From contig JAUSCZ010000029.1 in the NCBI GenBank assembly GCA_030674475.1, forward strand, positions 66,357 through 130,356: DNA of 64,000 nucleotides, read 5' to 3'. This DNA comes from Candidatus Omnitrophota bacterium (lineage in GTDB: Bacteria; Omnitrophota; Gorgyraeia; Gygaellales; UBA12090). Made by a program: the position numbers and the translations under genes. Below are positions 1-8,518 of this stretch, piece after piece; positions within the stretch are counted from its first letter, which is position 1, and each line of letters begins with the position of its first letter. Below the pieces are notes generated by a model, which was given only the letters and a program-made list of their open reading frames with translations, had not been told where the DNA came from and did no database searches.

Positions 1-1
1 T

Positions 2-184
2 AATTCTCCATATGTCGGGCCGGTAATGGAGAATGTGCAGGATAATTCCTATCCCATCTCCCGGCCGCTTCTGCTCTATACCAAAGGCCAGCCGCGGGGA
101 ATAGTTAAGGCCTTTGTGGACTTTGCCTTGTCGGCAGAGGGGCAGGAGATTGTCAAAAAGACTGATTTTGTGCCGATTAAATGA
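2..184 (+). CDS. pstS: Phosphate ABC transporter substrate-binding protein, C-terminal part (cut by window edge)
   Basis: Manual translation NSPYVGPVMENVQDNSYPISRPLLLYTKG...AEGQEIVKKTDFVPIK* has the YPISRPL motif; stop overlaps the pstC ATG. Confidence 0.85.
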   Translation, partial: NSPYVGPVMENVQDNSYPISRPLLLYTKGQPRGIVKAFVDFALSAEGQEIVKKTDFVPIK

Positions 185-1053
185 AATTGCGCCAGATAAA
201 AGAATTCGTTATTGAAAAGCTGATTTTCCTAAGCGGAATAGCCTCCATACTCTTTGTCGTTCTCATCTTTGTTTTTTTGCTTAAAGAGGGAATAGCGTTT
301 TTTAGGGAGGTCCCGGCCAAGGATTTTATCGGGGGGAAATACTGGTATCCTATTTCTGATCCGGAGCGCTTTGGGATATTGCCGCTTATCCTGGGTTCAT
401 TACTGGTTACTTTTGGGGCGATACTCGTTTCGGTGCCGGTAAGCATTGCCTGCGCCTTTTATATATCCGAGGTGGCCCCGGTTAAATTAAAGGATATTTT
501 AAAGACCGGGATTGAGATGCTGGCGGCTATTCCTTCGGTAGTTTTGGGTTTTATCGGGATGACCACCTTGGTTCCCTGGGTAAAAAAAATATTCCACCTG
601 CCTACCGGACTGACTGCCTTATCCGGCTCAATTATGCTGGGGTTGATGGCCATGCCGACCATTATCAGTATATCGGAAGATGCCATCAATGCCGTGCCTA
701 AGTCTTACAAGGAAGGGGCCCTAGCCTTGGGGGCGACCCGCTGGCAGGCAATGTATCGGGTAGTTATTCACGCCGCGCTTCCCGGGATTATTGCCGCCTC
801 AATGCTGGGTATCGGCCGGGTAATCGGCGAGACAATGGCGGTGATGATGATTACCGGAAACGCCGCGGTTATCCCCCAGACCTTCTTACAGCCGGTGCGC
901 ACCCTGACTGCCACCATTGCCGCGGAGATGGGGGAAACGGTCCACGGCTCAAACCATTATTATTCCCTTTTTGCCATCGGGATAATCCTCTTTGTGCTTA
1001 CCTTTATTATCAATATTACCGCGGATATGTTTTTGCACCGGAATAAAAAATGA
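181..1053 (+). CDS. pstC: Phosphate ABC transporter permease PstC
   Basis: IPSVVLG, EGALALGATRWQ, RVIGETMAV and TLTATIAAEMGE motifs; operon context. Confidence 0.95.
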   Translation: MKLRQIKEFVIEKLIFLSGIASILFVVLIFVFLLKEGIAFFREVPAKDFIGGKYWYPISDPERFGILPLILGSLLVTFGAILVSVPVSIACAFYISEVAPVKLKDILKTGIEMLAAIPSVVLGFIGMTTLVPWVKKIFHLPTGLTALSGSIMLGLMAMPTIISISEDAINAVPKSYKEGALALGATRWQAMYRVVIHAALPGIIAASMLGIGRVIGETMAVMMITGNAAVIPQTFLQPVRTLTATIAAEMGETVHGSNHYYSLFAIGIILFVLTFIINITADMFLHRNKK

Positions 1054-1119
1054 GCCCCGCTCCTCCTTATGAGAATGATATGGCTGATAGGATGATAGAA
1101 TATGAAGGAGGGGCGGGGT
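1054..1119. repeat. GC-rich inverted repeat overlapping the pstA ribosome-binding site
   Basis: GCCCCGCTCCTCCTT...AAGGAGGGGCGGGGT; the right arm contains the SD and the GTG start. Confidence 0.75.
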
Positions 1120-1963
1120 GAAGACGACCACTAAGCAAAAGATCGCCTTTAGTATTTTATTTCTCTGTACCATTATTGTTGTTTTGCCGGTTTTGTTTGT
1201 TTTGGGCGTGATTATTAAAAATGGCGCTAAGGGGATAAGCTGGCAGTTCTTGACTACTATGCCCTCTGATGGGATGCGCCAGGGAGGGATTTATCCGGCA
1301 ATCGTCGGGACATTATATCTGGTTTCCTTGTCAATAGTGTTTTCCCTGCCGGTAGGGGTAATGGCCGCGATATATCTTAATGAATATGCCAAAGATAATC
1401 TTTTGACCCGCCTGATTAGGCTGGCTATTGTAAATCTGGCCGGGGTTTCTTCGGTGGTTTACGGATTATTCGGCCTGGCCTTATTTGTTACTTTTATGAA
1501 ATTCGGGGTCTCTATTCTTTCCGGGGCGCTGACCCTGGCGATAATGAACCTACCGGTGATTATTACTGCCTCGCGGGAGGCATTGGCCAGCGTGCCTTAT
1601 TCTTTCCGGGAAGTGAGCCTTTCTCTTGGCCTAAGTCGGTGGCAGACCATCAGGCATTCGGTCCTGCCTTTCGCTATCCCCGGAATCTTGACCGGGGCAA
1701 TCTTGAGCCTGGCCCGGGCCGCCGGGGAAACCGCGCCGATCCTGTTTACGGTTGCCGCCTTTTATCTGCCTAATCTGCCTGTTTCCGTATTTGACCAAGC
1801 AATGGCTTTGCCTTATCATCTTTATATTATTTCTACCCAGATACCTAATATATCCATTCAGACCCGCTATGCCACAGCCTTTGTCCTGGTAGGGATAGTT
1901 TTTACGATGAATATTATTGCCGTAATCCTGCGTTCGCGCTTAAGAAAGAAGAAGAAATGGTAG
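1118..1963 (+). CDS. pstA: Phosphate ABC transporter permease PstA
   Basis: AAIYLNEYA, NLAGVSSVVYGLFG and ARAAGETAPIL motifs. Confidence 0.95.
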   Translation: MKTTTKQKIAFSILFLCTIIVVLPVLFVLGVIIKNGAKGISWQFLTTMPSDGMRQGGIYPAIVGTLYLVSLSIVFSLPVGVMAAIYLNEYAKDNLLTRLIRLAIVNLAGVSSVVYGLFGLALFVTFMKFGVSILSGALTLAIMNLPVIITASREALASVPYSFREVSLSLGLSRWQTIRHSVLPFAIPGILTGAILSLARAAGETAPILFTVAAFYLPNLPVSVFDQAMALPYHLYIISTQIPNISIQTRYATAFVLVGIVFTMNIIAVILRSRLRKKKKW

Positions 1964-2748
1964 AAAACAAAGGTAAAAGTCAAAAGGAAAAAGGCAAAAG
2001 CCAGGTAAAGATTGAGGTTAAAGAGTTAAACATCTGGTTTGGGAAGGTTTTGGCTCTGAAGAGTCTTAATTTGGAAATTCAAAGTAATGAGATTTTAGGA
2101 GTAATTGGCCCGGCCTCCAGCGGTAAAACCTCTTTTTTAAGACAGCTTAACCGGCTTAATGAATTAGAGGCGGGTTTTCGCATGGAAGGAGAAGTTCTCT
2201 TAGATGAACGCGATATCTGTCGGATTAAACCGGAGCATTTAAGAAAAAATATAGGAATGATTTTTGCTCTTCCCCAAGTCTTGCCGATTTCAATTTATGA
2301 TAATGTTGTTTATGGTGTGCGTATGCACGATGGTAAAAGTAAAAGTGAATTAGACGCTATCGTTGAGGATTCGCTTAAGGCCTCGTTTCTCTGGGATGAG
2401 GTTAAGGATAGGCTTAAGGAATTTGCCACTAAGCTTTCCGGTGGACAGCAGCAGCGTTTGTGCATCTCCCGCACTCTGGCGGTCCGGCCGGAGGTGATTT
2501 TATTTGATGAGCCTTGTTCGGGATTAGACCCCATTTCCACTGCCAAGGTTGAGGAATCAATGCTTCGGCTTAAAGAGCAGTATACTATCGTTCTGGTTAC
2601 CAATAATACCAAGCAGGCTGCCAGGGTGGCTGACCGCACCGCGTTTTTCCTGATGGGGGAGCTGATAGAGATAGATAAGACCCATAAGATATTTACCGCG
2701 CCCCAGGATAAAAGAACCGAGGATTATATACAAGGAAGGTTTGGGTAA
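1957..2748 (+). CDS. pstB: Phosphate ABC transporter ATP-binding protein PstB, copy 1 (non-canonical Walker A, Q-loop and H-loop)
   Basis: GPASSGKTS, LSGGQQQRLCI, DEPCSGLDP, TNNTKQAARVAD, TEDYIQGRFG. Confidence 0.9.
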   Translation: MVENKGKSQKEKGKSQVKIEVKELNIWFGKVLALKSLNLEIQSNEILGVIGPASSGKTSFLRQLNRLNELEAGFRMEGEVLLDERDICRIKPEHLRKNIGMIFALPQVLPISIYDNVVYGVRMHDGKSKSELDAIVEDSLKASFLWDEVKDRLKEFATKLSGGQQQRLCISRTLAVRPEVILFDEPCSGLDPISTAKVEESMLRLKEQYTIVLVTNNTKQAARVADRTAFFLMGELIEIDKTHKIFTAPQDKRTEDYIQGRFG

Positions 2749-2750
2749 AA

Positions 2751-2809
2751 AGCTATCAGCCTTCCGCCTTCGGCTTTCAGCCGATAGCCGATAGCCGATA
2801 GCCGATAGC
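2751..2809. repeat. Heptamer inverted-arm element (AGCTATC/GGCTTTC versus AGCCGAT x4)
   Basis: AGCCGAT four times in tandem at 2779-2806, with complementary units on the left. Confidence 0.85.
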
Positions 2810-2812
2810 ATA

Positions 2813-3568
2813 ATGTCTAAGATAATCGCCAATAATTTAAATCTCTGGTACAGCGCCTTTCATGCTTTAAAGAGTATTAATCTGGCTTTTGAGGAGAAAC
2901 GCATTACCGCTATTATCGGCCCTTCAGGTTGCGGGAAGTCCACGCTTTTGAGGGTTTTTAACCGGATGAACGATTTGATTGAGGGGGTGCGTCTGGAAGG
3001 CGAGGCGCGCATTGATAGCGAAAATATTTTAGGCGGCAATTTTGATGATTTGGTGCGGTTGCGCAAAAAAGTAGGCATGGTTTTTCAAAGGCCTAATCCT
3101 TTTCCCCTCTCAGTGTATGAAAACATAACTTTTGGGCTCAAGGTGCATCATTTAGCCAAGAAAAAAGACTTTGATGCCATTGTTCAGGAGGCCTTAGAGT
3201 CGGTAATGCTTTGGAAGGATTTAAAGGATAAACTGCGTAAGAATGCCCTGGGGTTATCTTTGGAGCAAAAGCAGAGGCTGTGTATCGCCCGGTGCATCGC
3301 GGTTAAGCCGGATATTCTGCTTATGGATGAACCCTGCTCAGCCCTTGACCCGCAGGCAACCCTAAAGATAGAAGAGCTGATGCAGAAGCTTAAAAAAGAC
3401 TATACCATAGTTATTGTAACTCATAGTATGCAGCAGGCCGCGCGGGTCTCTGATGACGCGGGTTTTATGCTTTTAGGTGAGCTGGTTGAATTTGGAAAGA
3501 CGGTGCAGGTTTTTACCGCGCCCAAAGATAAAAGGACGGAAGAGTATATCACGGGAAGATACGGATAA
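2813..3568 (+). CDS. pstB: Phosphate ABC transporter ATP-binding protein PstB, copy 2 (degenerate signature LSLEQ)
   Basis: GPSGCGKST, VGMVFQRPNPF, DEPCSALDP, VTHSMQQAARVSD, TEEYITGRYG. Confidence 0.93.
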   Translation: MSKIIANNLNLWYSAFHALKSINLAFEEKRITAIIGPSGCGKSTLLRVFNRMNDLIEGVRLEGEARIDSENILGGNFDDLVRLRKKVGMVFQRPNPFPLSVYENITFGLKVHHLAKKKDFDAIVQEALESVMLWKDLKDKLRKNALGLSLEQKQRLCIARCIAVKPDILLMDEPCSALDPQATLKIEELMQKLKKDYTIVIVTHSMQQAARVSDDAGFMLLGELVEFGKTVQVFTAPKDKRTEEYITGRYG

Positions 3569-3703
3569 TTGCAACCGCGGAGGCGCTGAATAACTGTTAG
3601 AAGTAAATGTTCCGCAGAAACACAGAAGAAGGCTTATTGAATTTCCGCGCTTCAGCGGAAAAGCATAATTTTTATTCAAATTCCGCGTTTTCAGCGGTTG
3701 CAA
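3569..3703. repeat. Inverted-repeat element with perfect 10-bp ends and ~9-nt CCGCRGA units
   Basis: TTGCAACCGC...GCGGTTGCAA; the left arm recurs at 55393-55447. Confidence 0.85.
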
Positions 3704-3713
3704 GGGAGGGAAA

Positions 3714-4379
3714 ATGGAAAGAATATTTGATGAAGAGTTAAAGCAGCTGCGTCAATACATATTGACTATGGCGTCATTAGTTGAAGAGGCCATTTTTAAA
3801 TCAATAGAGGCGCTTAAGCAAAGGGATAAATCGCTGGCTGAAGCAGTGATTGCTTCCGATAAAAAGATAGACGAGTTAGAAAATAAAATTGATGAATTTT
3901 GCTTAGACCTTATCGCGCTTCGCCAGCCGGTTGCCCAGGACTTGCGTTTTATTACTATGGCGATGCAAAGCGATGCTGACCTTGAGCGGATGGCGGATTT
4001 GGCGGTAGACATTGCCCAGAGGGCAGAAGAGCTTATCGCTCAACCGCCGTTAAAACCATTAATTGATATTCCGAAATTGGCCGAAATTGCCCAGAAAATG
4101 GTAAAAGAGGCAATAGACGCCTTTATTAATAAGGACGTAGAATTAGCAAAGAAGGTTGTCTTTGCGGATAGAGAAGCAGACGCGCTTCGTGATTTGATTC
4201 AGAAGGAATTGATTTACGATTATATGGTAAAAGATGGCTCAACCGCGCCTCGCGCGGTTCCCTTAATTTTAGTTACCCGCCATTTAGAGCGTATCTGCGA
4301 CCACGCCACCAATATCGCTGAAGACGTGATTTATATGACAGACGCAAAGATGGTCAGGCATCATCCCGAGAAACTCTGA
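3714..4379 (+). CDS. phoU: Phosphate signalling complex protein PhoU
   Basis: RQPVAQDLR, DLERMADLA and HLERICDHATNIAE motifs. Confidence 0.96.
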   Translation: MERIFDEELKQLRQYILTMASLVEEAIFKSIEALKQRDKSLAEAVIASDKKIDELENKIDEFCLDLIALRQPVAQDLRFITMAMQSDADLERMADLAVDIAQRAEELIAQPPLKPLIDIPKLAEIAQKMVKEAIDAFINKDVELAKKVVFADREADALRDLIQKELIYDYMVKDGSTAPRAVPLILVTRHLERICDHATNIAEDVIYMTDAKMVRHHPEKL

Positions 4380-4422
4380 TACGCATATAGCAAATGGCAT
4401 ATGGAAAATAATAAGTAATTAT

Positions 4423-5103
4423 ATGGGGAAAGAGGAAAACTATAAAAGAATCAAGAAATTCTGCCTTAATTGGGGAGCGGATTTATTCGGCACAGCCGAT
4501 GTTTCTTCGCTTAAAGATGGTTTTGCCGTTTCAGTCAAGGCCGCCAAAGACTTAAACACCGCGATTTCTCTGGGGGTGCGGGTTTCATCAGGGGTTCTTT
4601 CAGAAATCGAAAATCAACCGACCAAGCTTTACTTTCACCACTATCGCGTGGTAAATATGTTTTTGGATCAGCTGGCCTTGCGCCTGAGTAACTTTATCCA
4701 GAATTCAGGCTCTCAAGCCTTGCCTATCCCGGCTTCAATAATCGTGGACTGGCAGAAACAGACCGCTCATCTTTCGCATAAACATATAGGGCATTTGGCC
4801 GGCCTGGGCTGGATAGGCCGAAATAACCTGTTGGTGAATAAGAGGCTGGGCAGTCAATTCCGCTTAGTAACCGTGCTTACGGATATGCCTTTAAAATATG
4901 ATAAACCAACAAAAGAAGATTGTGGAAAATGCCGGGCTTGTGTGGTAATATGTCCGGTAAAGGCTATAAAGGAAAAAAAAGAGGATTTTGACCATTTGGG
5001 TTGTTTTGAACTGCTGAAGGAATTCCAACGGCAGAAGGTAGTAGAACAGTATATCTGCGGAATCTGCGTTAAAGCCTGCAATCGCAAGGACCACGAAAAA
5101 TAG
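4423..5103 (+). CDS. QueG-like / reductive-dehalogenase-like 4Fe-4S protein
   Basis: SHKH.GHLAGLGWIGRNNL, RLVTVLTD, CGKCRACVVICP and CGICVKAC clusters. Confidence 0.75.
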   Translation: MGKEENYKRIKKFCLNWGADLFGTADVSSLKDGFAVSVKAAKDLNTAISLGVRVSSGVLSEIENQPTKLYFHHYRVVNMFLDQLALRLSNFIQNSGSQALPIPASIIVDWQKQTAHLSHKHIGHLAGLGWIGRNNLLVNKRLGSQFRLVTVLTDMPLKYDKPTKEDCGKCRACVVICPVKAIKEKKEDFDHLGCFELLKEFQRQKVVEQYICGICVKACNRKDHEK

Positions 5104-5166
5104 CGTTATTAAACTGAAAGGACGTTGGGAGCGCAGAAATAATTTCGCGCTTTCGCGGTGGTAAAA

Positions 5167-5862
5167 ATGCCAAAAGCCGGTAATCATATTGAAGCCCTTT
5201 CCAAGATAGCCCAGGCTATTACATCGGAGCTTTATCTGGACGACATCCTGCGCTTGATAGTTACGGTTACCGCCCAGACCCTGGGTTCAAAAATCTGCTC
5301 TTTAATGCTCTTAGATGAGAAGAAACAGGAGCTGATTATCCGGGCAACCCAGTCTATATCCGAGAGCTATAACAAAAAGCCGCCTCTAAAAATCGGCGAG
5401 GGCATTGCCGGTAAGGCAGTCTTAGAAAAAAGGCCGATCGCGGTGTATGATGTCCTTCAGGAAAAGGAGTATAAATATAAAGATATAGCCAAGAAGGAAA
5501 GCCTGGCTTCTTTGTTGTGTGTTCCGATGATGGTAAGAGGAAAGGTAATCGGAGTTATCAATCTTTATACTTCCAAGCCTCATAGCTTTACCAAGAACGA
5601 AATCCATATGCTGACTACCGTGGCTAATCAGGCGGCAATGGTGATTGAAAATACCGAATTGATAGTAAAGAGCCGGATTATTCAGGAAGAGCTGGAGACC
5701 CGCAAGGTTGTGGAAAAGGCTAAAGGGATATTGATGCGGGAACAAGGCCTGCCTGAGGATGAGGCCTATCGGACGATTCAGAAATATAGTATGAACTCGC
5801 GTAAGTCAATGCGCCAGGTAGCTGAGGCGATTGTTACCGCGCAAGCGGTCAAGGGAAAGTAA
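5167..5862 (+). CDS. GAF and ANTAR domain RNA-binding antiterminator
   Basis: GAF (GEGIAG, VPMMVRGKVIGVI) plus C-terminal ANTAR (LETRKVVEKAKGILM...EAYRTIQKYSMN); ATG at 5167 preferred over GTG at 5158. Confidence 0.9.
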   Translation: MPKAGNHIEALSKIAQAITSELYLDDILRLIVTVTAQTLGSKICSLMLLDEKKQELIIRATQSISESYNKKPPLKIGEGIAGKAVLEKRPIAVYDVLQEKEYKYKDIAKKESLASLLCVPMMVRGKVIGVINLYTSKPHSFTKNEIHMLTTVANQAAMVIENTELIVKSRIIQEELETRKVVEKAKGILMREQGLPEDEAYRTIQKYSMNSRKSMRQVAEAIVTAQAVKGK

Positions 5863-6134
5863 TGGATTGGCGTATTTTTTTTACCGCGTTTACTACAATA
5901 CTTGTCGCGGAGTTAGCGGATAAGACTGAGATGGCAATTTTAAGTATGACCGCGAAAACCAAGTCCCCTTGGCCGATATTTTGCGGGGCGATGCTGGCGT
6001 TCGCGGTGGCAACCCTTTTAGCGGTTTTGTTAGGGGACGCGGTAGCAAAATGTGTGCCTATCCATATCTTGCGTTTTGTAAGCGCGGGTATATTTATTCT
6101 TATCGGAGTCTTGACGTTATTGGGAAAACTCTAA
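5862..6134 (+). CDS. TMEM165/GDT1 (UPF0016) family half-size membrane protein
   Basis: AELADKTE resembles the ExGDKT motif; three hydrophobic segments. Confidence 0.8.
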   Translation: MDWRIFFTAFTTILVAELADKTEMAILSMTAKTKSPWPIFCGAMLAFAVATLLAVLLGDAVAKCVPIHILRFVSAGIFILIGVLTLLGKL

Positions 6135-6135
6135 G

Positions 6136-6762
6136 ATGCGGGAAACGGAAGCGGTAAAAGAGGCGGCGAAACTTATCGGAATCTCTATCCGCACCGCGCC
6201 CAAAAGCGCGGGGGTGGATGATATTTCATATAAGATATTAAATGATTCTGAAAAGACCGCTTTGGTTAATGAAATTAAGAGGATGACCGTTTTTCTGATT
6301 AAGGAAAATAGCGGAGATATGACCAAAAAGGCGATAGAGCTGGATTGGCATAGCGACGCCGACGCGATTGATAAGTCTGATTGCCTGATCATTATAGGGG
6401 TCAAAGGCAGAAAGCCCTTGGGTTTTAACTGCGGAGGATGCGGCTTTAAAGGCTGTCAGGAATTCTTAAGCGCCCTTCGTCCGGAAACTATATTTATGCC
6501 CGGGCCTTTCTGTATTTTTAAGCTCCTGGACTTAGGGATTGCTATCTCCAGCGCTGCCAAGAGCGCCTCTACCTTGAATATTGATAACCGGATAATGTAC
6601 CGGGCGGGGTTGGCCGGATATAAATTAGGCCTGCTGAATGAGTGTAATCCTGTTCTCGGTCTTCCCCTTTGTTCGTCCGGAAAAAATATTTATTTTGACC
6701 GTAAGGAAAAATTAGAAGCCAAAGACCTCTGGAAACAGATCAATAGTATGATATCTAAGTAA
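6136..6762 (+). CDS. DUF2148 ferredoxin-domain protein
   Basis: RTAPK, NCGGCGFKGC, DLGIAISSA, IDNRIMYRAG and KNIYFDR motifs. Confidence 0.8.
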   Translation: MRETEAVKEAAKLIGISIRTAPKSAGVDDISYKILNDSEKTALVNEIKRMTVFLIKENSGDMTKKAIELDWHSDADAIDKSDCLIIIGVKGRKPLGFNCGGCGFKGCQEFLSALRPETIFMPGPFCIFKLLDLGIAISSAAKSASTLNIDNRIMYRAGLAGYKLGLLNECNPVLGLPLCSSGKNIYFDRKEKLEAKDLWKQINSMISK

Positions 6763-6771
6763 TAATTTAAG

Positions 6772-6915
6772 TAACATGAAAATGACTAATGGCTAAATCC
6801 GAATGACGAATGAATGTCTAATAGCCCAATGACCAAATATCGAATTTCTTATTTAACATTAGGCGTTGGTCATTCATTCGGAATTCGTCATTAGAAATTC
6901 GGCATTAACATGTTA
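6772..6915. repeat. AATGACN heptamer inverted-arm element (family also at 25680, 48257 and 59287)
   Basis: AATGACT/AATGGCT/AATGACG units on the left; right arm CATTCATTCGGAATTCGTCATTAGAAATTCGGCATTAA is nearly identical to 48342-48379. Confidence 0.85.
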
Positions 6916-6948
6916 TTAGACATATTATACGAGGAGGGGGGTAAGAAA

Positions 6949-7434
6949 ATGGATGAGATTTTAGAGATTTTGGAAAAGGATGCCCGGGCCACGCCCGAAG
7001 AGATTGCCCGGATGCTCAAAAAAGATGTTTCTTCAGTCAAAAAGGCAATCAATAAATACGAGAAAGACAGGGTAATCCTGAAATATAAGGCGGTGATAAA
7101 TAAAGAGCTTATCCGCGACGAGGAATCGGATGTCCGGGCGCTGATTGAGGTAAACATCGTGCCTCAGAAGGATTTAGGCTTTGATAAGATTGCCGAGAGG
7201 ATATATTCATTTCCGGAGGTAACCAGTTGTTATCTTATTTCCGGGACCTACGATTTATTAGTAGTGGTTGAGGGAAAGAATATGCATACGGTCTCTAATT
7301 TTGTGGCCGAGAAGCTTTCCTGTATGGAGAATGTCCGGGGCACGGTAACCCATTTCTTGCTTAAAAAATACAAGGAAGACGGCGTATTACTGAAACACAA
7401 GGAGGAGAACAAGAGAATAGCGATTTCATATTAG
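6949..7434 (+). CDS. Lrp/AsnC family transcriptional regulator
   Basis: N-terminal HTH (ILEILEKDARATPEEIA) and SGTYDL motif; SD GAGGAGG before ATG 6949. Confidence 0.9.
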   Translation: MDEILEILEKDARATPEEIARMLKKDVSSVKKAINKYEKDRVILKYKAVINKELIRDEESDVRALIEVNIVPQKDLGFDKIAERIYSFPEVTSCYLISGTYDLLVVVEGKNMHTVSNFVAEKLSCMENVRGTVTHFLLKKYKEDGVLLKHKEENKRIAISY

Positions 7435-7467
7435 ACTCTTCCTTAACCAAAAAAGAAAGGAGTTACA

Positions 7468-8352
7468 ATGTTGAAGAAGATCGGATTGGTGTCTTTAATT
7501 TTAGCCTGGGTCGGAGTTACGGTTATATCGGCGAATTTTGCCGCGGTGTCTACTGAGCAGTGGGGCGTGATTATGAATCTTTCCGGAAGACAGAGAATGC
7601 TTTCCCAGAAGATGACCAAGGAGGCGCTTCTGGCTACTTCCGGAATAAATGCCGAGGAAAACCGTAAGAATTTGAAAGAGACAATGAACACTTTTGAGAA
7701 GGTCTTAAAAGGCCTGCGGGACGGAGACGCATCTTTGAATCTGCCTGCCTGCGAAAATGAGGAAATTACCGCCAAGTTGGATAAGATAAACCTTTTGTTT
7801 GATGAGATGATTCCGTTATTATCCAAGGTTACCGAAGGGGGAGTTCTTACGCCGGTTGAACTGCCGGTATTAGCCAAGCTGAATCTGCCTATTCTCACCA
7901 CGATGGATTCAACGGTTAAGATGTTTGAGCAGGAAGCGGGAAAGGTTTTAACTAAAGACCCGGCCTTAGCCCTGGTAATTAACCTGGCCGGAAAACAGCG
8001 GATGCTTACCCAGAAGATGTCTAAAGAGGCTCTGCTGATGTATTTAAAGATTGATATGGTAAGTAATAGTAAGATGTTGCGCGATACGGCTTCGCTTTTT
8101 GACCGGACTTTGAAAGGGCTCAAAGACGGCGACAGCGAACTCGGCCTTCCTATAAACAGAGATGAGGGAATAATATCCCAGTTGGATTTGGTCGGCAGTT
8201 TCTGGTCCGCGGTCAAGCCCCTGGTAGAGAAGACTTCTAATATGGACAATTATGTTTCTAAAGAGGAGACGGCCGCGGTGGTGGAACTGTTGAGCACCAT
8301 CCTGAAAGAAATGGACAAAGCCGTCAAGATGTATGAGGCCTTGTCTAAATAA
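7468..8352 (+). CDS. Exported protein with two PilJ/NarX-type sensor domains
   Basis: Signal peptide; internal duplication MNLSGRQRMLSQKMTK / INLAGKQRMLTQKMSK. Confidence 0.8.
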   Translation: MLKKIGLVSLILAWVGVTVISANFAAVSTEQWGVIMNLSGRQRMLSQKMTKEALLATSGINAEENRKNLKETMNTFEKVLKGLRDGDASLNLPACENEEITAKLDKINLLFDEMIPLLSKVTEGGVLTPVELPVLAKLNLPILTTMDSTVKMFEQEAGKVLTKDPALALVINLAGKQRMLTQKMSKEALLMYLKIDMVSNSKMLRDTASLFDRTLKGLKDGDSELGLPINRDEGIISQLDLVGSFWSAVKPLVEKTSNMDNYVSKEETAAVVELLSTILKEMDKAVKMYEALSK

Positions 8353-8397
8353 CTACCACTGGGAAAATTTGTAAAGACCGTAAGATTGCGATTTTAC

Positions 8398-8426
8398 TTG
8401 ACTTAGGTAAATTGTTGTGTTATTTT
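8398..8426 (+). promoter_or_regulatory. Candidate sigma70 promoter
   Basis: TTGACT-17 nt-TATTTT with TG just upstream of the -10. Confidence 0.45.
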
Positions 8427-8452
8427 AATCCAAAGGGATAGAATTTCCTCTT

Positions 8453-8473
8453 CTTGCCTTGCCGGCAGGCAGG
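8453..8473. repeat. CCTGCCTGCCGGCAGGCAGG-family micro-palindrome
   Basis: CTTGCCTTGCCGGCAGGCAGG; one mismatch to the reverse complement of 29801-29821. Confidence 0.8.
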
Positions 8474-8518
8474 TATTTAAGGAAAAGGTCTAAATAATAT
8501 TAAAGGAGAAGTGGAGCG

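Noticed and set aside
5104-5166. Possible ANTAR twin-hairpin target upstream of the GAF-ANTAR gene
   Set aside because: No paired hexaloop hairpins seen; the sequence looks like a remnant of a TTTCGCG repeat element
6910-6948. Longer N-termini in the ORF track for Lrp (6910), GH57 (10920), uppS (12638), rplS (39329) and cooC (44969)
   Set aside because: The extensions run through repeat or intergenic DNA; downstream ATGs match family starts and several have clear SD motifs
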